From Candidatus Pacearchaeota archaeon (GTDB lineage Archaea; Nanobdellota; Nanobdellia; Pacearchaeales; GW2011-AR1), in the NCBI GenBank assembly GCA_017609695.1, contig JAFCDM010000016.1, positions 1 through 42,034 on the forward strand: a stretch of DNA of 42,034 bases. The letters are read 5' to 3'. The notes beneath the pieces are model-generated. The model made no database searches. It was not told the origin of the DNA and saw nothing but the letters and a program-made list of their open reading frames with translations. The translations under genes were made by a program, and so were the position numbers. Positions 1 to 10,688 of this stretch are shown piece after piece (positions within the stretch are counted from its first letter, which is position 1; each line of letters starts with the position of its first letter).

Positions 1-100
1 AATCCTTATCCTTATATATTATTCTTATCTTAATTTAAAGAAAAAATAGATTATTTTAAAGTGTATAAATTTTTATAAACTCTTATCTTTATAAAAAATC

Positions 101-1081
101 ATGTGTGAATTAATATCCTGGATAGAAAAACAGGGACAAATATTTTTTTTAACTTCTGCAGAGGTTCATTCAAGATTTGGAAGAATACAATTAAAAGGAT
201 GTCAAGGTAATGATTTTCTTGGGCATGGGGCTATAAGACAATACCATGGTATTGTTAAGGGAAAAAATTATGAGAATAAGAATTTTTGGGATGGAAAACT
301 TCCTTCTGAAATAAAACAGGCTTGGAATTTTGGAAGCTTTGATGGGATGTTAAAATATTTGCAAAGAGATGATTTAGAATATCTTGTTCAAAATGCTCCT
401 AAAGATTTTGCTTCTTGGTGTTTAACTAAAAAAGCTGATGTTAGTATGAAAAAAGATGCTGATTCTTTTACAACGATGTTTAGATATGCTGTTAAGGGGG
501 ATTTTCAAAGAATGATAAGTGATAAAAATCCAGATATTAGACTGTTTGGATATGCAATTGACCATAGTCTTGGTTTGATGCCAAGTGATGGAAATTGGAG
601 AAATGAATTGCTTGGACTAGCTTATCTACAAGCTTTTGACGTGATGAAACAAAATATTGATTTTGATGTTAGAATCTTTGGGTATGGGGGGAGTATGGAT
701 TTTAAGGGTATGGAAAGAGATGGAGATTGGAGGAATCAGATATTTAAGTATTATGAAGCATTTCAAAACAAGGGAGAAATGGATATTGAAAAAATGAGAA
801 GAGATAAAAACCCTCATATTCGGAGTTTTGTATTATCCTCTGCTCTTGATTTTAAAGCAATGCAAAAAGATGAAGAACCTTATATTAGGATGTTTGGATA
901 TGCTGCTGAAAACACTCTTGGAAAAATGGGAAAAGACAGGGATTGGAGAAATAGATTGTTTGGATTAGGTTATCTACAAGATTTTAATGCAATGGCAAGA
1001 GATGAGCATCCTTTTATTAAAATGATTGGATTAGCTTCCACTTATAATTTTAATGAGGCAATAAGACCCAAAATAAAGTAA
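101..1081 (+). CDS. HEAT/PBS-lyase-like repeat protein (function unknown)
   Basis: 326-aa ORF with at least four internal repeats carrying D(K/E).P.I(R/K).FGYA and D(G/R)DWRN..FG..YLQ.F motifs. Family assignment is by eye only. Confidence 0.6.
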   Translation: MCELISWIEKQGQIFFLTSAEVHSRFGRIQLKGCQGNDFLGHGAIRQYHGIVKGKNYENKNFWDGKLPSEIKQAWNFGSFDGMLKYLQRDDLEYLVQNAPKDFASWCLTKKADVSMKKDADSFTTMFRYAVKGDFQRMISDKNPDIRLFGYAIDHSLGLMPSDGNWRNELLGLAYLQAFDVMKQNIDFDVRIFGYGGSMDFKGMERDGDWRNQIFKYYEAFQNKGEMDIEKMRRDKNPHIRSFVLSSALDFKAMQKDEEPYIRMFGYAAENTLGKMGKDRDWRNRLFGLGYLQDFNAMARDEHPFIKMIGLASTYNFNEAIRPKIK

Positions 1082-1121
1082 AGTCTCAACATTTATAAAT
1101 TATGTTTTGCTTTATTTATGT

Positions 1122-3854
1122 ATGAAAAAGAGAATGAGTATTTTTGTTTTAGTAATTGCTTTATTTGGGATATTTTTTTGTTTAAATTTAGTTAGTTCTG
1201 ATTTTGTTATAGGTGAAGAACCTTATGATTATAATATTAGCCTTATTTATGCCCCTTCTCAGGCAATTAATGGGTGGATTAATATTAGTTTAGATGATGA
1301 GCCTGCTAATTCTTTATTAACTGGTTTTGAGGATTCTATTTTTTTAGAAGAGTTTTTAGAAAAAAATAATGCTGTTTATTCTTGTTTTCCAAATGATTGT
1401 GAATCTACATATTCAAGTTCTGAAGTTGGAGTAGATTTAAAAACATTTTCTCTTGATGCTCTTAAAACAAAAACTTTGGGTATAAAGCTTATTGGAGAAA
1501 TTACTGGAGTTAATACTCTTAGTTTTGACTTTGAAACTAATGCTGGGAAATCTTGTTTGCATCCTGTTCAAATAGATGTTTTAGATGATGGATTATTTGA
1601 ATGGAAAGCCGAAGATGTTTCTGAAGATTTTACTTGTATTTTAAGCAATAATTATGGTTGTTGGGATGAAAATGATTGTGAGGGGGAAAAATCCCTTATA
1701 ACAGATTCTTTATATTGTGAAACAATAAGCTTACTCCCTCCATTAAAAACATTTGAAATTGGTGCAGAAGTTTTAGAAGTTTCTGGAAAAGGGGGAAATG
1801 TTGATTTTAAAATGGAATTAGATTCTTATAATTGTATTGCTAATGCTCAATCAAGTGGAGAAATTAAATGTTCTATTACCTTTGATGAGCCTTTAGAAAA
1901 TTCCATAGATGCACAAGTTTGTATTAGTGTTAAAGATTCTTCTGATAATGGAAAATATGAAATAAAATATGAAGAAGTTAGTCCTTGTGGTTCTGCTGGA
2001 GAAAAATCATATGATTTTCCTATCTTTGTGAATCCTGGAAAATATTCTAGGGTTTTAGATTTTGCATTTAATCAAGACTTAGTTGATGAAAATGGAATTG
2101 ATTTAGGTTCTGAAATTTTTGATTATATTGAAGAAAAATATTCTGGAAATTGTGAGCCAGAATGTATAATTCCTATAAAAATTTATGCAGGAATAAGCCA
2201 AACAGACACTATATCTAACTTAAGACTAGAATATCAAAGTGGAGTAAGTTTAGAAGAAACTAAGATTCATAATATTGAGGAAACTTCTGCATTATTAAGT
2301 TCTGATTTTATTAAATTATATTTAGAAAAAGGTAATTTTTTAACACCTGAAGACTATGGTGATGAAGGATTTTCATTAAAATTAAATGGGGAGAGAGTTT
2401 TTAGTCAGGATATTGAAATTAAACCTATTTCAGAGATAAAAGATATTATACCTCACATCCTTCCTGCATTAGTTGAAGTAACCTTTACTACCTTATTAGA
2501 GGATTCTGGTGCTAATTTAACTTATACTTGGGATTTTGGAGATGGAAGTGAAGAAGAAATTACTGAAATAAACACTATAAAACATACTTATTCTGATGTT
2601 GGAGCTTATGAAATAAATGTAAGAGTTTCAAATGAATTTGGGGAATCAAGTAAAATAGTTTTATTAGAAGTGGTTTCTCCTAAAGATATTATTAATAGCA
2701 CTATAGATGAATATGGAATTAATCTTATTAATATAGAGTCCCAAATAAATGGACTTCCAGAATGGATTACTAAAGAGATTGCAGAGGATATTGATGTAGA
2801 TGATTTAAAACTACAACTTAAACTTCAAAAAAATAAATATGAAGATTGTGGTGGGGGGTGTTCCTCTAAAGAATATGTAAATATCATGTCTTCACTATTA
2901 GAATTAAAAATCCCTTATCAGGTTAATACAAGTCATAAGATTGTTCCTATGGAGTTTTATCCAGATAAATCACAATTAGATTTTGAAATTTTAGAGGAGC
3001 TTGGGGTTGGTATTGCTGGAAATTTAGAAGAAACATATCATTCTGCAATTAATAATTGGATTAGGGAAAGTTTAGATATTTCTTTAGAATCTAAAACTTA
3101 TGCTCTTTATTTTAAAAATTCTCAGATTGAACCCTTATTTTCTTATGTTAAACTTACTCTTAAACCAAAAAAAGATTTAGGGGAAGTTTATTGTGTTATA
3201 AATGAAAATCCTATAAATATAAAATTTAATAATCTCGAAGGTAAGGAAGTTGGGGATGTAGCAGTAGGGATTGTTTTTTCTGAATTAACTGAAAATAAAG
3301 TAATTGAATTTTTATATCCTGGAAAAATTGAAATACAGAACCTCCCAATTTATATTTCTCCTGAATTTAGAGAATTAGAAATAATTTCTGCTAATGGAAT
3401 TTGTAATAATAATGGCAAATGTGAAAAAGATATTGGGGAAAATTCTAAAAATTGTAGGGTGGATTGCAGGCCCCTTGGCTGGACTTTTTTCTTGTTTTTT
3501 ATTTTAATATTTGTGGCTTTTTTTATTTATATCTTTTTGCAAGAATGGTATAAAAGACGTTATAGGGCTCACTTATTTAAGAGTAAAAATCAGTTTTTTA
3601 ATTTGATTAATTTTATGAGTAATTCTGTGAATCAAGGGCTTAAAAGATCTGAGGTTTTTGGTAAATTAAAAAATGTTGGATGGATTAATGAACAATTAGT
3701 TTATTCTTGGAAAAAACTTCATGGGAAAAGAACTGGGATGTGGGAGATTCCTATATTCAAATTTGTTGAAAAAAAACAAATTAAAAAAGAACTTTCAAAA
3801 AGAAGTAATAAACCTAGTTTAGCTGGGTTGTCCTTGAATCCTAAACCAATATGA
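1122..3854 (+). CDS. Large Cys-rich surface protein with PKD domain, N-terminal signal/TM and C-terminal TM anchor
   Basis: ORF opens at TTG 1107; first ATG is 1122 (MKKRMSIFVLVIALFGIFF). PKD-type motif YTWDFGDGSEE...HTYSDVGAYEINVRVSNEFGES. C-terminal TM GWTFFLFFILIFVAFFIYIF followed by a basic tail. Confidence 0.8.
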   Translation: MKKRMSIFVLVIALFGIFFCLNLVSSDFVIGEEPYDYNISLIYAPSQAINGWINISLDDEPANSLLTGFEDSIFLEEFLEKNNAVYSCFPNDCESTYSSSEVGVDLKTFSLDALKTKTLGIKLIGEITGVNTLSFDFETNAGKSCLHPVQIDVLDDGLFEWKAEDVSEDFTCILSNNYGCWDENDCEGEKSLITDSLYCETISLLPPLKTFEIGAEVLEVSGKGGNVDFKMELDSYNCIANAQSSGEIKCSITFDEPLENSIDAQVCISVKDSSDNGKYEIKYEEVSPCGSAGEKSYDFPIFVNPGKYSRVLDFAFNQDLVDENGIDLGSEIFDYIEEKYSGNCEPECIIPIKIYAGISQTDTISNLRLEYQSGVSLEETKIHNIEETSALLSSDFIKLYLEKGNFLTPEDYGDEGFSLKLNGERVFSQDIEIKPISEIKDIIPHILPALVEVTFTTLLEDSGANLTYTWDFGDGSEEEITEINTIKHTYSDVGAYEINVRVSNEFGESSKIVLLEVVSPKDIINSTIDEYGINLINIESQINGLPEWITKEIAEDIDVDDLKLQLKLQKNKYEDCGGGCSSKEYVNIMSSLLELKIPYQVNTSHKIVPMEFYPDKSQLDFEILEELGVGIAGNLEETYHSAINNWIRESLDISLESKTYALYFKNSQIEPLFSYVKLTLKPKKDLGEVYCVINENPINIKFNNLEGKEVGDVAVGIVFSELTENKVIEFLYPGKIEIQNLPIYISPEFRELEIISANGICNNNGKCEKDIGENSKNCRVDCRPLGWTFFLFFILIFVAFFIYIFLQEWYKRRYRAHLFKSKNQFFNLINFMSNSVNQGLKRSEVFGKLKNVGWINEQLVYSWKKLHGKRTGMWEIPIFKFVEKKQIKKELSKRSNKPSLAGLSLNPKPI

Positions 3855-4016
3855 TAAAACACAGAAATCTTAATAAACTATTTTTCGGGTTTAAATATAA
3901 GGAAAGAATTAAATAAAAGGGATTTGAAAAAACTAATAACTATAAAACTTAATGACATAGTAGTTAAAGATTAAGTAATTCATAACTGAAATTTATAGTG
4001 TTTGGTGATTAAAAAA

Positions 4017-4658
4017 ATGGTAATAAAAATATGGAGAAGTTTTACAAAAAGAATTTTTAGTCTTTTTTTTAAAAAAAGAAAGGATATAAGTGTTGGATTT
4101 TATGGGCCACCAAATGGAGGCAAAACAACACTTGCTAATCGGATTTGTAAAGATTGGACTGGGGAAGAGATAGGTAAGGTTAGTAAAATTCCTCATGAAA
4201 CAAGACATATTCAATTTAAAGAAGAAGTTGAAATCAAATATAAAGAAAAAAGCTTAAAATTTAAATTAATTGATACTCCTGGAATTGCTACAAAAATTGA
4301 TTATGAAGATTTTATGAAAATGAAGATGAAGAAAAAAGAAGCTCAAAAAAGAGCAAAAGAAGCTACTCAGGGAATTGTAGAATCTATTAAGTGGCTTGAT
4401 GATATGGATTTAGTTGTAGTGATTCTTGATGCTAGTAAAAATCCTTACTCACAAGTAAACATAACCATTGTTGGAAATTTAGTAGCAAGAAAAATTCCTG
4501 TTTTGGTTGTTGCTAATAAAATAGATTTAAAAAAAGCAGATATTAAAAAAATAGAGGCGGCATTCCCAGAATATGATGTTGTTGGAATCTCTGCGAAAAA
4601 AGGAAAAAATATGAATGATTTTTATGAGTCTATATTAAAGTTGGCAAAGAAAGTTTGA
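4017..4658 (+). CDS. Small P-loop GTPase
   Basis: G1 GPPNGGKTT, G3 DTPG, G4 NKID. Frame opens at TTG 4002; first ATG is 4017. Confidence 0.85.
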   Translation: MVIKIWRSFTKRIFSLFFKKRKDISVGFYGPPNGGKTTLANRICKDWTGEEIGKVSKIPHETRHIQFKEEVEIKYKEKSLKFKLIDTPGIATKIDYEDFMKMKMKKKEAQKRAKEATQGIVESIKWLDDMDLVVVILDASKNPYSQVNITIVGNLVARKIPVLVVANKIDLKKADIKKIEAAFPEYDVVGISAKKGKNMNDFYESILKLAKKV

Positions 4659-4876
4659 TGAAGGATCGACTAATCTTATTAATAAGAAAAGGATGTGGAT
4701 AAATAAACTCATAATGTATAAAACTTAAAGGGGGTAAGTTAAGGATTAAGTGGGCTATTTCATAGCTTAAAAATTTATGAGATTGTAGATCAAAAATATT
4801 AAATAAAGGCTTAAAATCTAAAAGATTAAATTTAAAAATCAAATTTGGTTAGATAAAATATAAAAAAGGTGATAAA

Positions 4877-5266
4877 ATGTCTAAGAAAAAGATAAAAGGG
4901 TTAACATTGCAGTTTTTACCTTATTCTGAAATTGCAAAATTAAATAGTATTGAAAGAATTAAAAAACTGTTGAGGATAATTCTTGATCATAAAGTTGTAG
5001 TTTTGCAAGGAAAACTAAAACCAGAAGAAGAAACAAGATTAATTGAAGATACTATGATTATGATTGGGAATATTAAAGGATTTAAAGGTGTTGAACTTGA
5101 AGTAATTTCTCCAGACACCTCAGATGCTGGTTTTTTTTATAAGATGAAATTTGGTTTAGCAAAAGCATTAACTGGGCAACAAAATGCGCTTACGATTATT
5201 GGGCCTGCAACAATTGTTAAAGAGATGAAAAAGAATCCTAAAAAATTAGAAGTTATGATGAGGTAA
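4877..5266 (+). CDS. DUF2073-like protein (archaeal GTPase-cluster partner)
   Basis: 129-aa ORF with SD GGTGAT 8 nt upstream. Its position between the GTPase and the Zn-ribbon gene matches the conserved archaeal three-gene cluster. Family call is from memory of that cluster. Confidence 0.55.
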   Translation: MSKKKIKGLTLQFLPYSEIAKLNSIERIKKLLRIILDHKVVVLQGKLKPEEETRLIEDTMIMIGNIKGFKGVELEVISPDTSDAGFFYKMKFGLAKALTGQQNALTIIGPATIVKEMKKNPKKLEVMMR

Positions 5267-5392
5267 AATATTTTTAGATAAAATCACCACAAATATTATA
5301 TAGTGTTTGGTTCTTAGTATTTTTGAAAATGCTGATGTCATTTTCAAATAAGCAATTAAATAAAACTCTATTAAAACTGGGGGTAAACTAAA

Positions 5393-5830
5393 GTGGGACA
5401 CGAATGCGTTCATTGTGGAAAAATATATCCAGATGCTTCAGAAGAATTATTAAAAGGATGTAGTTGTGGCGGTAAATTCTTTTATTATATTAAACAAGAA
5501 AAAATAGATGAAATTGAATTAGGGAAATCAAATGAGGTCCAAGAAGTAAAAAAAGAATTAGAAAAGTCTGATAAAGAACAAATTGAAAAAGATATCAGGG
5601 ATATCACAGGATTAAAAGAAGAACCTGAAAAACCAGTAATCCTTGATTTAGAATCTGTGAAGGTAATTCGTCCTGGAAAATTTGAAATTGATGTTGTTAA
5701 TTTATTTAATAAACGAAGGCCTTTAATATATAAATTAGAAGAAGGTAAATATATTATTGATTTAGCTGCTTCTTTAAATATTAATAAAGAAGAAATTAAT
5801 AAAAAAATAAAAAACCCGGAGGAAGATTAA
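5393..5830 (+). CDS. Zn-ribbon protein (DUF2072/COG3364-like)
   Basis: GTG start. N-terminus MGHECVHCGKIY...GCSCGGKFFYY has two Cys pairs. Follows the GTPase/DUF2073 genes. Confidence 0.6.
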   Translation: MGHECVHCGKIYPDASEELLKGCSCGGKFFYYIKQEKIDEIELGKSNEVQEVKKELEKSDKEQIEKDIRDITGLKEEPEKPVILDLESVKVIRPGKFEIDVVNLFNKRRPLIYKLEEGKYIIDLAASLNINKEEINKKIKNPEED

Positions 5831-5831
5831 G

Positions 5832-6107
5832 ATGAAAGGTTATTTGAAACCAATTGTAGAGGTGGGAGAAGGGCAATTTGATTCTGAAAATACTGTAGTA
5901 GTAAGAGACTATAATGGTATAGAACTTTGGGGGCTTTTTAGTAAGCAATTTATTAGAGATGGAAAATTAGAGGTAAATGTTGTTGTTGAACATGATGATA
6001 AAATTTTTGTTTCTGCTCCACAACATGGGTTTAATGATATGAGATCCATTCAAGTAGGAATACATCATATTTGGATTAAAAAACCTGATATAACCTATCT
6101 CAAATAG
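5832..6107 (+). CDS. Hypothetical protein
   Basis: 91-aa ORF. Its ATG lies 1 nt after the upstream stop, with GGAGG 8 nt upstream, suggesting translational coupling. Confidence 0.5.
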   Translation: MKGYLKPIVEVGEGQFDSENTVVVRDYNGIELWGLFSKQFIRDGKLEVNVVVEHDDKIFVSAPQHGFNDMRSIQVGIHHIWIKKPDITYLK

Positions 6108-6335
6108 TATATTTTAAATATATATTTCTGTTTGATATATTAATAATAATCTTGTAAAAGATTGAATAATATAACTTATAATCTAATGGATTAGAAACTA
6201 GGGAGAGTTATATATTGAACTAAACATCACATACCTTAAATGTTAATAAGATTATAAATAAAACCAATATTATATAAAACAAAAAGGTTATTCAAGTTAA
6301 GATTAAGTAAAAGAGTTGTTTTAAGGAGATTGAAT

Positions 6336-7598
6336 ATGAATAAAATTCAAAACATATTAAAAAAACAAATTGAAATAATTAAACCAGATAAAGATACTTT
6401 GGAAAATATTGAAAAAACTGCTTGTGATTTTTGTAAGAATTTGCAGGAAAAATTAAGAAAAAAGAAGATTAAAGCAGAGGTTTTTATTGGGGGGAGTTTA
6501 GCTAAAAATACATTAGTTAAAAAAGACAAATATGATGTAGATATTTTTGTAAGATTTTCTGGAAATTATAAAGATAATGAAATTTCTAAGATATTGGGGG
6601 GAGTTTTAGGAAAAAAAGCTAAAAAAGTTCATGGAAGCCGAGATTATTATCAAATTATTTTAAATTCATTTATTCTTGAAATTGTTCCTGTTTTAAAAAT
6701 TAAAAAACCCCCAGAAGCCCAGAATATAATGGATTTAAGTTATTTTCATGTTAATTACCTTCTTAAAAAAATTAGAGAAAACCCAAGATTAAGTGATGAA
6801 ATATTACTTGCTAAAACTTTTACTTATGCACAAAATTGTTATGGTGCTGAAAGTTATATACATGGTTTTTCTGGTTATTCCTTAGAATTATTAATTAGTT
6901 ATTATGGAAGTTTTTTAAATTTTGTAAAAGCAATATCAAAATCTGGCGACGATAAAATAATTATTGATGATTTTAATTTTTATGAGAATAAAGCAGAAGT
7001 TTTGAATTTATTAAATAAATCTAAAAGACAAGGGCCTATTATTTTGATTGACCCCACATTTAAAGAAAGAAATGCACTTGCGGGGTTAAGTTTAGAAACA
7101 TTTTCAAAATTTAAGAAAATTTGTTTAAATTTTTTAAAAAAACCAGATAGTTCTTTTTTTGAAAAAAAGAATATTGGAGCAGAAATGAAGAAAAAATATG
7201 GTAAAAAATTGATTGTGGTTTCTGTTAAAACAAATAAACAAACTGGAGATATTGCAGGAACAAAGTCTAAGAAGTTTTTTGATTTTTTTGTTTATAATTT
7301 AAAAAGAGAATTTGAAATTAAAAAACAAAAATTTGATTATAATGAAAAAAAGAATATTGCTTATTTTTATTTTGTTTTGGATAAGAAAAAAGATGAAGTT
7401 GTTAAAGGGCCACATATTACCAAAGTTGAGAATCTTGCAGGATTTAAGAAAAAACACAAAAATGCTTTTATCAAAAAACATATTGCTTATGCAAAAGTTA
7501 AGCATAATTTAATTTTTAAAGATTTTTTTAATATGTTTAAAAAGAAATATAAAAAAGTGATTAAAGAGATGTGTGTTGTGAGTGTGGTTGTTGTTTAG
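6336..7598 (+). CDS. cca: Class I (archaeal) CCA-adding tRNA nucleotidyltransferase
   Basis: N-terminus IKPDKDTLENIEK...KAEVFIGGSLAKNTLVKKDKYDVDIFVRF has the typical archaeal Cca layout. AAGGAG SD precedes ATG 6336; the ORF track starts at TTG 6330. Confidence 0.8.
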   Translation: MNKIQNILKKQIEIIKPDKDTLENIEKTACDFCKNLQEKLRKKKIKAEVFIGGSLAKNTLVKKDKYDVDIFVRFSGNYKDNEISKILGGVLGKKAKKVHGSRDYYQIILNSFILEIVPVLKIKKPPEAQNIMDLSYFHVNYLLKKIRENPRLSDEILLAKTFTYAQNCYGAESYIHGFSGYSLELLISYYGSFLNFVKAISKSGDDKIIIDDFNFYENKAEVLNLLNKSKRQGPIILIDPTFKERNALAGLSLETFSKFKKICLNFLKKPDSSFFEKKNIGAEMKKKYGKKLIVVSVKTNKQTGDIAGTKSKKFFDFFVYNLKREFEIKKQKFDYNEKKNIAYFYFVLDKKKDEVVKGPHITKVENLAGFKKKHKNAFIKKHIAYAKVKHNLIFKDFFNMFKKKYKKVIKEMCVVSVVVV

Positions 7599-7609
7599 AA
7601 TTAGGATTC

Positions 7610-8023
7610 TTAAGCATGAATTATTTTTCTATTTTCCCTTCTTTTTTCTCTTTGTTCTAAAAATCTATCTCTAGTTTTTTGCATCATCCAAGGCGTATAA
7701 GTTTTCTCTACTAATTGTTCTATTGCTTTTCTAAGCATACAATACTCTTCATTTGTATAACTAAAATTATGAGTTATCTTATCCCAGGCATTGTTTGTTA
7801 TTAATTCTAATCTTCTTATTTGCTCATCTCCAATAAGAGATTTAAATTTATACCCTGCCCCTAATTTTATATATGAAAACACTCTCTCTAATTCTTCTTT
7901 CATACGATTATTTCTTTTTTTTATCTCAGGTTCAAGAAGACTTTCTTCTTCAGGTTCTAAATCATATAAGGTTGTTTTGCCTTGTTTAGTTTCTCTTAAA
8001 CGATAGTTTTTAGCAGGTTCCAT
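7610..8023 (-). CDS. Hypothetical protein
   Basis: 137-aa ORF with no recognisable motif. Confidence 0.5.
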   Translation of the reverse strand: MEPAKNYRLRETKQGKTTLYDLEPEEESLLEPEIKKRNNRMKEELERVFSYIKLGAGYKFKSLIGDEQIRRLELITNNAWDKITHNFSYTNEEYCMLRKAIEQLVEKTYTPWMMQKTRDRFLEQREKRRENRKIIHA

Positions 8024-8090
8024 TATTTATTCTCCTATTAAATTCTAAAAATAAAAAAATTATGCTTTAAATAGTTTTTTATTTTTAATT

Positions 8091-8867
8091 TTACTTCACA
8101 GCCTGTTCAAATAAGAAAGATAAAGCTGATGTGAAGAATGAAGTGTTAAGCCAGATAGCTAATTCCTCTTCAGGCATATTTTCTTTTGAGATTATAAATA
8201 AAACCTGTTCATTATCTGCAATGTAAAATTTAGCATCTATATCTATTTTTTTTGCTTTAATCTTGAATTTATTGTTTATTTTTTTAATTTCATTTTCTTC
8301 TCCAGAAAGAGCTATTTTTATTTTAATATCTGATTTTCTTAATCTTTCAAAAATAAAAGAGAAAAATCTTGATTTGTTTTTTATTTCATTTACAGAAGTG
8401 CAAATAATAACTTGTTTTTGTGCATTTTCTAAAACCTCTTTGATATGATTATAAATTCCTGCCTTTCCTTTTATTGCTCCTGAAATATCTCTATGTTTTA
8501 CTGGCTCAATTCCTGTATCATAAAGATTTTTTAGTTCAAGATATTCCTTTGTGTTTTTAAGTTCTGAAAGTGTTTTTACTTTTTCATTTGCATTTCTTAA
8601 AGTGTTTGATTTTAATTTTTCTATGATTACTGTTGGTTTAACTGCTATATATTTAACAGGTTTTCCTATTTTTGTTATTGCAAAACCTTGTTTTTCTAAA
8701 CTTTCTAAAACATCATAAGTTCTGCTTCTTGGAACTTCAGATATTTCTGCTATTTCTCCTGCAGAGGCAACTCCTTTTCCAAGCAATGCTAACCAAACTT
8801 TAGTTTCATAAATATTAAGATTAAAATATTCTTTAATTCGTTTTACAAGTTCTATTTTAATTATCAT
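8091..8867 (-). CDS. TrmB-family transcriptional regulator
   Basis: N-terminal wHTH: IYETKVWLALLGKGVASAGEIAEISEVPRSRTYDVLESLEKQGF. Confidence 0.8.
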   Translation of the reverse strand: MIIKIELVKRIKEYFNLNIYETKVWLALLGKGVASAGEIAEISEVPRSRTYDVLESLEKQGFAITKIGKPVKYIAVKPTVIIEKLKSNTLRNANEKVKTLSELKNTKEYLELKNLYDTGIEPVKHRDISGAIKGKAGIYNHIKEVLENAQKQVIICTSVNEIKNKSRFFSFIFERLRKSDIKIKIALSGEENEIKKINNKFKIKAKKIDIDAKFYIADNEQVLFIISKENMPEEELAIWLNTSFFTSALSFLFEQAVK

Positions 8868-8888
8868 TTTATCTTATTATCCTTGAAC

Positions 8889-9368
8889 TTAATGTTTTTT
8901 AGAAGCTACGATTTCATAAACTTTAGATGGATTGAATTGTCTATAAACAGAAAGTTTGATTATAGAACTTCTCTCCCCTGTTAATCCATAATAAACCTTC
9001 TTAACCCCCTCTACTCCCCTTAAATCCCAAAAACAATTATCCACCATTTGAAGTGTTTTAAATCCTTTAAATTCTTCTCCAAATCCGAAATTTTCTTGTG
9101 TAAGTATATCTTGGTAATGTTGAATTATCCCTTGTAAATCATATTCATATCCCCTACATGCTTTTTCTGCAAATCCTTTTAGATTGATATAGTTATGTAA
9201 CACCCTATTTTCACTAATAAAATCCTGTGCTTCTTCATCTTTACCTTCATCTACAAATTTTGTGATTGTACTTAATCCAATTCCTAGTTCTCTACTTAAT
9301 CTAGGTAATTCTAGTGTTTCAAATTCTATAGAATCTAATTCAGATATTTGTGTATTTCCATATTCCAT
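8889..9368 (-). CDS. Hypothetical protein
   Basis: 159-aa ORF, same strand as and 21 nt upstream of the trmB-like gene. Confidence 0.5.
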   Translation of the reverse strand: MEYGNTQISELDSIEFETLELPRLSRELGIGLSTITKFVDEGKDEEAQDFISENRVLHNYINLKGFAEKACRGYEYDLQGIIQHYQDILTQENFGFGEEFKGFKTLQMVDNCFWDLRGVEGVKKVYYGLTGERSSIIKLSVYRQFNPSKVYEIVASKKH

Positions 9369-9476
9369 AAAACTCTTATCAAAACTGCATTTATAAAGCT
9401 TTTGTTTGTTGTTACTATATAATCAGAACAAAATAGGAGGATTTATAAAGGGCTTGAGGTTTTTGATTTTAAGAAA

Positions 9477-9974
9477 ATGAATATCCATAACATAAGTAAA
9501 ATCTGCATAATCTTCTTATTTGGATTTCTTAGTGCTAATGTTTTAGGATTATACCTTGTTTATGGTTCTGAAATCCCTTTTTCATTTAATTCGTTTGATT
9601 ATTTTGGTTCTGATAATGATTCTGCTCCTTTTAATTTTGTTGGAGAAGAGCAGATACACATCTATGATGATAAAATTATAATTGAGGTTTCTGGAGCAAG
9701 TTTAAGTAGATATGCCCCAACTGGAAGTATGAAACCGGTTTTAGATGAGCATAGTAATGGTATAAGAATTAAACCTAATTCAGAAGGGGAAATACATATC
9801 GGAGATATTATAAGTTTTAGAAAAGATAGTTATTTAATTGTTCATAGGGTTGTTGATAAAGGAGAAGATGAACAAGGATTTTATTTTATTACAAAAGGAG
9901 ACAATAATGATATTGTTGATGGAAAAATCAGATTTAAAGATATTGAATATGTTACAATAGGGGTGATTTGGTAA
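9477..9974 (+). CDS. Signal peptidase I, archaeal/Sec11 type (S26B)
   Basis: N-terminal TM, catalytic Ser box PTGSMKPV, IVHRV box and TKGDNN box. Confidence 0.75.
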   Translation: MNIHNISKICIIFLFGFLSANVLGLYLVYGSEIPFSFNSFDYFGSDNDSAPFNFVGEEQIHIYDDKIIIEVSGASLSRYAPTGSMKPVLDEHSNGIRIKPNSEGEIHIGDIISFRKDSYLIVHRVVDKGEDEQGFYFITKGDNNDIVDGKIRFKDIEYVTIGVIW

Positions 9975-9975
9975 G

Positions 9976-10305
9976 ATGGATGAAATAAAAAGTAAACCTG
10001 GATTTGGTGATTTTGGTTGTGAAAATTTTGGTGAAGGAACAAAGTGGGAGAGATTTAAGGGGGCGGTTGTTTGTGTTAGTTATAATGGGCATAGTTATCT
10101 GGGAGTTCTTAAGGAAATAGATAGAAAGCAAAATGCTGTTTATCTTTCTCCTTGTTCAATGGATTCAGGAGATGAATTAGAACAGATTTCTGGACCTACA
10201 ATGCTCCCTTATGAGGGTTCTGTGCCTACTGGTCTAGAAGGAAGTTTAGAAGAGAATATTCGTAGATACAATAAAAATCATACTAAAATGAAAAATGAAA
10301 AATGA
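9976..10305 (+). CDS. Hypothetical protein
   Basis: 109-aa ORF starting 1 nt after the upstream stop. Confidence 0.5.
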   Translation: MDEIKSKPGFGDFGCENFGEGTKWERFKGAVVCVSYNGHSYLGVLKEIDRKQNAVYLSPCSMDSGDELEQISGPTMLPYEGSVPTGLEGSLEENIRRYNKNHTKMKNEK

Positions 10306-10639
10306 ACATGACTTCCCTTGTTTTGGAAGAGATTTAGAAAAGTTTGTTTTATATGGAAATCAAATTCCTGTATATAGAAGTTTTCCTAAAACTTTAGATG
10401 TTGAAGTAGCAAGTGATTTTTCTAAAAATCCATATGTTCAAAAAGCAAGAGAATTGCTTAATAGGTATGATACTGCTGAGGAGATTTTACAAGCAGGAAA
10501 AGAACATTTTAGGGTTTGTGGCGAGTGTTCTCAAAAAATTAGGGAAATAAAAAAGAAATATGAAAATATGAGTGAAGAAAAGCTTGAAGAATTAACTGAT
10601 AAACAAAAAGAAAATTTAAGATATTTTGGAATAATATAG
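10295..10639 (+). CDS. Hypothetical protein
   Basis: 114-aa ORF overlapping the upstream gene by 11 nt. Confidence 0.5.
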   Translation: MKNEHDFPCFGRDLEKFVLYGNQIPVYRSFPKTLDVEVASDFSKNPYVQKARELLNRYDTAEEILQAGKEHFRVCGECSQKIREIKKKYENMSEEKLEELTDKQKENLRYFGII

Positions 10640-10688
10640 TTAGATTATATAAAAACTTAAAACATTAAGGTGATTATAGGATATAAGA

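Noticed and set aside
4630-4842. 70-aa minus-strand ORF in the GTPase/DUF2073 intergenic gap
   Set aside because: It has no SD or promoter context and a low-complexity product, and it overlaps the GTPase 3' end.
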